This document shows positions 58,201-64,000 of a stretch of 64,000 nucleotides of DNA, piece after piece. Within the stretch, counting starts at the first letter, position 1; the number at the start of each line of letters is the position of its first letter. Position numbers and translations under genes: made by a program. Under the pieces are notes generated by a model. The model ran no database searches, was not told the origin of the DNA, and saw nothing but the letters and a program-made list of their open reading frames with translations. Origin of the DNA: Leptogorgia sarmentosa (taxonomy: Eukaryota); the NCBI GenBank assembly GCA_964658305.1, contig OZ210885.1, positions 12,338,001 through 12,402,000 of the forward strand, read 5' to 3'.

Positions 58201-60798
58201 GTTTTGAAAAATACTCCCAATGTAGTAACGATGTGAGTGAAAATTACCTATTACACCCTTTTATATACGTGCTATCTTATTTTATAAACAGGTAGAGAAG
58301 TTCAACAACTACTGGGACATTCCCGCACCGTTACCTGTTTGGCTGTGTCACAAAGTGGAACAATACTAGCGTCGGGGTCGTCGGACGGAAGTACAATCCT
58401 TTGGAGAATGGATAATTATGAACAGCTTTTTGTGTTCGAAGGGGAGAGTGGCGTTAATGCTCTGGATTTCAGTGCAGATGATCAGCGAATGTTTATTGGA
58501 ACAGACGATGGTAAGCATCTTAAACACAAATCAAACAAGGATATCAAAATGTTGTTCAGAATAGGTAAACGAAAATTTGCATAAACGTTTTCTCGATTTC
58601 CGCTCTGCTTAAAAGTTAGTATTAAAGTGCGCGAGTTTCGATAAGAAATAAGATTTTGCTGACGGGTACGGATTTTAATTCTGCTATTTCTTATCGAACA
58701 TATTATAGCTATTTAACATCTCTTCTGCTTCAATTATACTGAAAAGGCAAAAACGTTCCGTAAAAAGAAGCACACTAAAATAAGTTCCTATAAAGCAGAA
58801 ACAATGACAACAGTAAAAGTTTGACTGTAATATACAACAATTAATATACTGTCAACATCCAAGCACAATTTAAAAGGCAACAAAATTGTATCAGCTACTG
58901 AATGATATCAAACATTTTGTTAACTTCGAACTTTTTTGCATCTTCAGTTTCAATAAAAAATATTTGAATTTCACATTAGCCACGGCCCTGAAGAAACCTC
59001 TTCCCAGGGCCCCCGGCCAGGTTGGGCCCCTAGTAGTTACGCCACTGTGTACATCGCTATTTACTAAAAAATTGGCTTCACATTTTAATACAAGAACGTT
59101 TATGAAGCGGATTGATGCATATCGTTTCAGCTCTTAGGTTTCACGTAACGTTCCATATTTGAGTGGGAGTACACTCTAAATAGCGACGCACTCATCACAG
59201 TGAGTTAAATATTCACTGTATTTTTTCAACTTGTGCTTCGTGGCGAATATGTGAAATTCAGAAGCATTTCGTCAGATTCGTGAAGCATAATCGTTAATAC
59301 ATTTTAGAAAAATGTATTACTTACGAAAAGTACTCTTTCTCTCTTACCCTCTCTCCCTGGGGGGGCGAAATTCCTGGGACACCTGTCGTGTTTTTTATGT
59401 CGTGTGCGAATAAACCAAAAGTGAGCTTATCCAACACTGAAAAACATACGAATAACGCACCCTACGTAATCAAAGGCATGTTTTCCACATGTTTCAGACT
59501 ATTGCGCAACCTGATTTATCCTGTTTTAGTAAATGCCGTGCGCGTGCGGAAATTTTTGACAATTACAACAAAGCTTGTAGAAATGTTTTTATATGTGCCA
59601 ATAACACAAACATAAAACAGGTTTCATGAATATGCTGCTTCAGGGAGAAATAAGGAGATGGATTTCAACATATTGGACTCTGTTTTTCTCAGATAGATGC
59701 TAATTCCTTACGTTTCCGACGATCAATCTTTATTTTTTTTGTGTTGTGTTTTAACTAGCATGCAACCCACCGTTCGAAAGATCAGTTTATTAGGATTTCA
59801 ATGATGTTTGTCTTTATTTCGTGCGGTATATACTCAGTGAAAAAAAAAATTAAAAATTTGTATTTCAACTTTCGGAAACGGGTTGGAGAGAAAGAGAGCT
59901 CGTTCTTAATATGTCGTACATTTCAACCATTTTATCTGAATTCGTACCTGTTACCTGTTGTACATAATCGACTACATTTGCATTCGCTGGTTAAATGCTA
60001 CAATTTACGTTATTATCCACACAGATAAAAATTACCAGATTTAAAGTTTCTAAGGGTTTTTTGAGGGGGGGGGTTAGCCACCCCCCCCCCCATACCCCCC
60101 CTCGCTACTGCCCTGAACAATGTAGCTATGGTAGAGGGTAGAGGGTGGGTTTATAAAATTTACAAACGGCATCGTATCGTGTGATTGGACCATGTTCACT
60201 AATTCTTTTTGTGTTTGATGCCAGGAACAGCAGTTTTACAACATAGCTGTAGTAAAATTATTTCCTGGGAAAACCAGATACGTCTGTTTAAGTTGCAACT
60301 CTCAACTTTCGCCAAAAGTACAAATTGTTCATATCCAAACAGTAATTGCAAGTTTTTTGCAACAGCTGGTTTGAGGATTCCAGCGACTGCGTATCTTCAA
60401 ACCAGCGGTTAACTGTAAACGTCGTGTAGAGCGCAGTGAAACGCAGTGTAAAAACATAAGCCAGCAACAGCCAGAGCATGTTCAGCGCCGGAGAGGGACA
60501 CAATTAAAAACAAGATTTCACAAAATCGTCTAGGGTTAGACATTATTGAAACGTCAGTCTGACGAGTATCCATCATGCGTTGTAGGGCTGAAAGTGTATT
60601 GTGTATCTACCGGAGAAAACCTCTCAACAAGTATTCCTGAGGGAGTCGAGTCGCTGTGTACGACCAAAGATGGACAGTTCATTGCTACTGTTGGATTATA
60701 TCCTGACAAGACTATCAAGTTGTGGAAAGCCGATACACTAAATTTTGAGGCCAGTTTGGTTGGCCATACAGATGGGGTGACATGTGTTGTCGCAACAG
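48620..60798 (+). CDS. Gene 2 (partial model): HEPN-like - coiled coil - NB-ARC - WD40 STAND protein, Apaf-1-like without CARD; 3' end not found in window
   Basis: Exons 48620-49214, 49464-49555, 50830-51019, 51900-52237, 53378-54014, 54283-54705, 57516-57761, 58292-58510 and 60586-60798 have GT-AG boundaries with compatible phases (1,0,1,0,1,1,1,1,1) and form one open frame. Confidence 0.88.
49464..49555 (+). CDS. Gene 2 linker exon (not in ORF track)
   Basis: TTCTTAG acceptor; VSDVFVDGRYLKLLDELRRSGETWQFEADKK; AAG|GTTTGA. Phases 1/0 bridge the neighbouring exons. Confidence 0.75.
50830..51019 (+). CDS. Gene 2 exon, coiled coil
   Basis: MDEVVEELDNLKSRLFCKIEEVVEEKLQHNTKELNEKIERNTDEIESLHKIL shows a heptad pattern; CAG acceptor, G|GTATTG donor. 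Confidence 0.8.
51900..52237 (+). CDS. Gene 2 exon, NB-ARC P-loop
   Basis: LP..MVTRPSEV and Walker A VVGIRGMGGLGKTILA; VIWLDVG; donor ACA|GTATGT. Confidence 0.92.
52690..53110 (+). repeat. Second copy of the ~20860-21275 repeat (intronic)
   Basis: Colinear similarity with 20860-21275, ending CCCTGTA. Confidence 0.7.
53378..54014 (+). CDS. Gene 2 exon, NB-ARC core and winged helix
   Basis: Walker B LVVLDDVW, RNBS-B LLITTRD, CKGLPLAL, ISFERL...FLDFGIFPED..IP..VLELFW. Confidence 0.95.
54283..54705 (+). CDS. Gene 2 exon, MHD-like motif and Apaf-1-type helical domain
   Basis: YRVHDLLLDF; YYFKFLPYHI...LFFDLNWLQQKV...DF...PQLLG. Confidence 0.92.
56925..57358 (-). mobile_element. Hairpin-ended non-autonomous element, family D (intronic)
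   Basis: Hairpin ~56925-57091 with apex GC-GAA-GC. Perfect 17-bp inverted repeat TTATTATACATTTAAAA (57087) / TTTTAAATGTATAATAA (57342). CCAATCA at ~57321. Confidence 0.8.
57516..57761 (+). CDS. Gene 2 exon, helical domain end and first WD40 repeat
   Basis: GRLLSY...LLPESSCL...AICGLENGSISVLDQETG; phases 1/1. Confidence 0.85.
58292..58510 (+). CDS. Gene 2 exon, WD40 repeats
   Basis: LLGHSRTVTCLAVSQSGTILASGSSDGSTILWRM...VNALDFSADD; donor GTAAGC. Confidence 0.92.
60586..60798 (+). CDS. Gene 2 exon, WD40 repeats
   Basis: GLKVYCVSTG...DGQFIATVG..DKTIKLWKAD...LVGHTDGVTCV; TAG acceptor, G|GTATGC donor. Confidence 0.9.
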
Positions 60799-62163
60799 GT
60801 ATGCAATACTGTATGAGTTAATATTTCATAACATTTTGAAGATCTTACTTTAATAGAGTCTTGTTGATCTTGATTGTTATTTCATTCGGATAAAACATAT
60901 TCTTTATTATAAACTTCCTTAATGGTTCAATAAAGCAATGATTGGAGGGGAATATCATGTTTTGGAATAAATTTTCCCAATTATTGCACAAAAATACCTG
61001 CTTGCAACAGCATTCTAATATTGTAATGAAAAATTAGTATAGGAAATTACACGGTTCGAGAAGTATTAATTTGGCGTGTTTGGCGTGTTTCACTAACCTT
61101 TTTTGTCCAAAGTTGACAATAAATGATAAAAAAACAAGAATTTTAGCGTTGATTTAAGCGTTTATTTATTTGTTTTTATAATGTATCGCGGTCTCGAAAC
61201 CGTGCAATTAAGTTTACTTTGCACAGTTGTTGAAGCTTTTTAGCCAATCAGCGTCCAGGAAATTGACAACAATGATATTATGCCTAGAAAGAAAGCAATG
61301 TCTTTCCTTAATTGTTAGTATAGTGGTAGCCAGTGCTTTCATGTACAAGCACTATTTTAGGACTTTCTGATTTCTTTTAAATTTTTAGGCTGGTTGTATT
61401 TGTATATGCTAAGAGTATTTTAAAATGGCCATTAGATTTATCTATGCTAGCTTTCTAAAAATACTTTGAGACAATTTGCTTGTGTGTGTATATTTCAACT
61501 GATTACCCTGTGTCGCAGACCTTAATGTATAAATTGTGATACTGTAGTGATTCAACAGACTTGGCATTTAGGGTATTGTATATTTTATTAGTGTTGAGTC
61601 ATCTTGTAAGTAATAATAGTGTGCCGCAAAAATAAAAGCAAGCTCTGAAACAAGGGCATAGGAATCAAGTTGTAGTTTGTAGGGGAGGGGGGGGGGGGGG
61701 GAGGCACAACGAGAACAGAATCCAAACCTTTAAGGCGGCATCTTGGAAAAAAACATTTAAAAGCTAGTGAATGATGGAATCCTACAAAATATTTTAGTAC
61801 ATTTGGGCAATTTCTCATGTCTATCACAAAGCTGTACAAATCCTAGGCATGAAAGAAGGTCAATTTCTTTTTTTAAACGGCACTTATAACCATGAAAGTT
61901 GGGGGTGAAAGTGCCCCACCATCCTACGCCACTGCTCTGAAATGCATTTCATAGGGATACATCAACCAAGAACAATTCTAGCCGTTTCACATGTATCTAA
62001 TTAATGCACACGTATTGAATTGAACTAAATATATAATAGAATTCAATTACAGGAGAATGAATTGAATTACAAGCTTACAACAGAATATGACGGCATTTTA
62101 TACCATTTGTTTTTAGTGCAAAGTTTAACTTTGCAGTATTGTGATGAGGGGCGAAAATTCACA

Positions 62164-62230
62164 TCAGCGATTCAGCTATTCAGCTATTCAGCGATTCAGC
62201 GATTCAGCGATTCAGCGATTCAGCGATTCA
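62164..62230. repeat. 8-bp minisatellite (TCAGC[G/T]AT) x ~8
   Basis: Directly visible tandem octamer. Confidence 0.9.
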
Positions 62231-63242
62231 TTCATAGTGTAAACTCCGGGGGGAGCGTCCCAAATTCTTCTGATATGCGAAACACCGTAGTTGACTGATA
62301 TCCATGGAATGTTTCAACAAAAATGATTCGATTGCAGTTATAAATCATTGCTTATCATTATTTGCAGTTGTTCTCATCGATACGAAGGTTAGTTAGATGA
62401 GAAATGTGATCAAAGAAGCGCACATTATACAGTACACAATGGCGGAGGCCCCTCCGGAATTTAAGTTTTTGCAAAAATTGCAACTCAGCACAATTCTGGG
62501 GAATGAAATTACACAATATGGCGGACGCTAAGAGTGGGACCGTGAATCAGTAATTCAGTATGATGATAATATAATGTGGCCAACATGTCTGAATACGTTG
62601 ATAAAGCAGTTAAAATGTTCTTTATATATCAGCAATGAATCTAGAGATTTGAATTTATTATCATTATTAGTAGAAAACTTGTATTTGGCTCGTCATGCAC
62701 AATTTAAAATAGCTAATGTTAACTGCCGCCATGCGTATTATATTAAAACATTTAGTTGGCCGACATTGCCATCGCAATTCGCAAATAGCGGGCAAACTCA
62801 GATGTGTAGCACAGTAGAACTCGTCATAACAAGATAGCCATAATTTTGTATCGTATTTAGTTAATATGGTTGTCAAAGCCAACATATTTGCGAGCTTTCG
62901 CATTTATAGCTTTCGTGTTTGTTTTCGCCGTCTTCGACTCTTCCCGTCTTCCGGCCTCGCGGTTGTTTGTTTCTACCGGGGATTTACAGAATTTTCGATA
63001 CTAAAAGAACTAAACCATATACAGGCATACAAAAGTAAATTTAACGTTGGCCTGATACTGTGAATAAACTGGACATTTTATTACGACGCAGAAGTATCAG
63101 TACGATGTGTATGTATTTTAAAAAGGTCAGAGGTCAGAGATTTATCTGATTTGCTTTTAACACGCGCGCTGCTGCGACTGCCAGTTGCTTTCTGACAATA
63201 AAATAGTGATTATTTTCAAAATATGATTTTAATGTCTTCTCA

Positions 63243-63373
63243 GGCCCGTTTCAAACGTGGAATTTTGGACGCATCGAATGCAATTCAAACAATGAATAAT
63301 GAGATGACTAACTTCATTATCCATTGTTTCAATTGCATTCGATGCGACCAAAATTCCACGTATGAAACGGGCC
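63243..63373. mobile_element. Small palindromic MITE (Harbinger-like)
   Basis: GGCCCGTTTCAAACGTGGAATTTTGG.CGCATCGAATGCAATT / AATTGCATTCGATGCG.CCAAAATTCCACGT.TGAAACGGGCC, flanked by TCA/TTA. Confidence 0.8.
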
Positions 63374-64000
63374 TTAGAAACTTTGCACTATCCTTGGATC
63401 CCTAGTTAACTTATGAAATTATATAGATAAAGTAACAAATGGAAGCCAACATGAATGTTGTTTGTAAAGTAATATTGTTTTAGATATACTGTCCATTGCC
63501 AAGATATATAGCCAAGAGTCGTTTGACATATCTTGTCCATCTTGACTTCAGATCCTCTAATTCCAACAGACAAAATTGATATAGTTTGACCTGTTTTATA
63601 ACTGCTGTGACAAACATTGTGCTGTACTGTTAGAACTTTGTAGGTTAGTTGCTTGAATAAATGTGATAATAATTGAATTTAATCAGTCAATTATCACAGC
63701 TACTCATTGACATGAAAGAGCAGTTAGGCAACAGTTAAGAGCAGTTAAACACAGTTATGTTCCCAAACATAAGTATGAATACATGTGCAAACTAATAATG
63801 ATGTAATGCAGAAATGAAAATTTCCCATTGCTTTACGTGCTACAGTGTACGTACTGTTCAGTACTGTTACACTCTGGTTTTGAGCAATTGCGATGAGTTC
63901 TTAAGATCTTTTATTAAACTTTTCTGCAACTTTACAGTACATGGTATGGATATAGCTACAGTAGGTAGAAATAGCAACTATAAATTGGAGTACTCTAATC

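Noticed and set aside
59131..59200. Additional exon of gene 2 (AG acceptors plus a GTGAGT donor)
   Set aside because: In-frame stops in the required phase; exons ending 58510 and starting 60586 join directly into a sensible WD40 repeat.
48620..60798. Calling gene 2 the APAF1 orthologue
   Set aside because: No CARD is evident, and NB-ARC/WD40 paralogues are numerous in invertebrates; orthology needs a phylogeny.

Overview
AT-rich, intron-containing animal DNA. The repeat and gene content suggests a cnidarian or similar marine invertebrate (inference). Two + strand multi-exon genes were rebuilt by hand from phase-compatible GT-AG exons. Gene 1 (~7178-22162) is a small type-I membrane protein: signal peptide, unassigned beta-rich domain, two cadherin repeats, vWA with intact MIDAS, calcium-binding EGF, TM helix, and a tail with ITAM/ITIM/ITSM-like tyrosine motifs. 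Gene 2 (48620 to beyond 60798, probably continuing past the window) is an Apaf-1-like STAND protein (NB-ARC + WD40) whose N-terminus is a HEPN-like domain (RNEWAH) plus coiled coil instead of a CARD. Between them lies an intact, young BEL/Pao LTR retrotransposon (26267-32239; 294-bp LTRs; AAGAG target-site duplication). It is preceded by a 2117-bp tandem duplication that creates an extra LTR and a gag-only ORF. The remainder is MITEs, a tRNA-derived SINE fragment, hAT and Harbinger remnants, and diverged tandem duplications. The most striking unexplained signal is in the repeats: at least five unrelated families end in long hairpins whose mismatches form tandem G.A pairs and GNA triloops on one strand only, with consistent polarity. 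This suggests strand-specific ssDNA hairpin recognition by a Crypton-like or Helentron-like mobile system. All comparisons were made by eye; no database searches were run.
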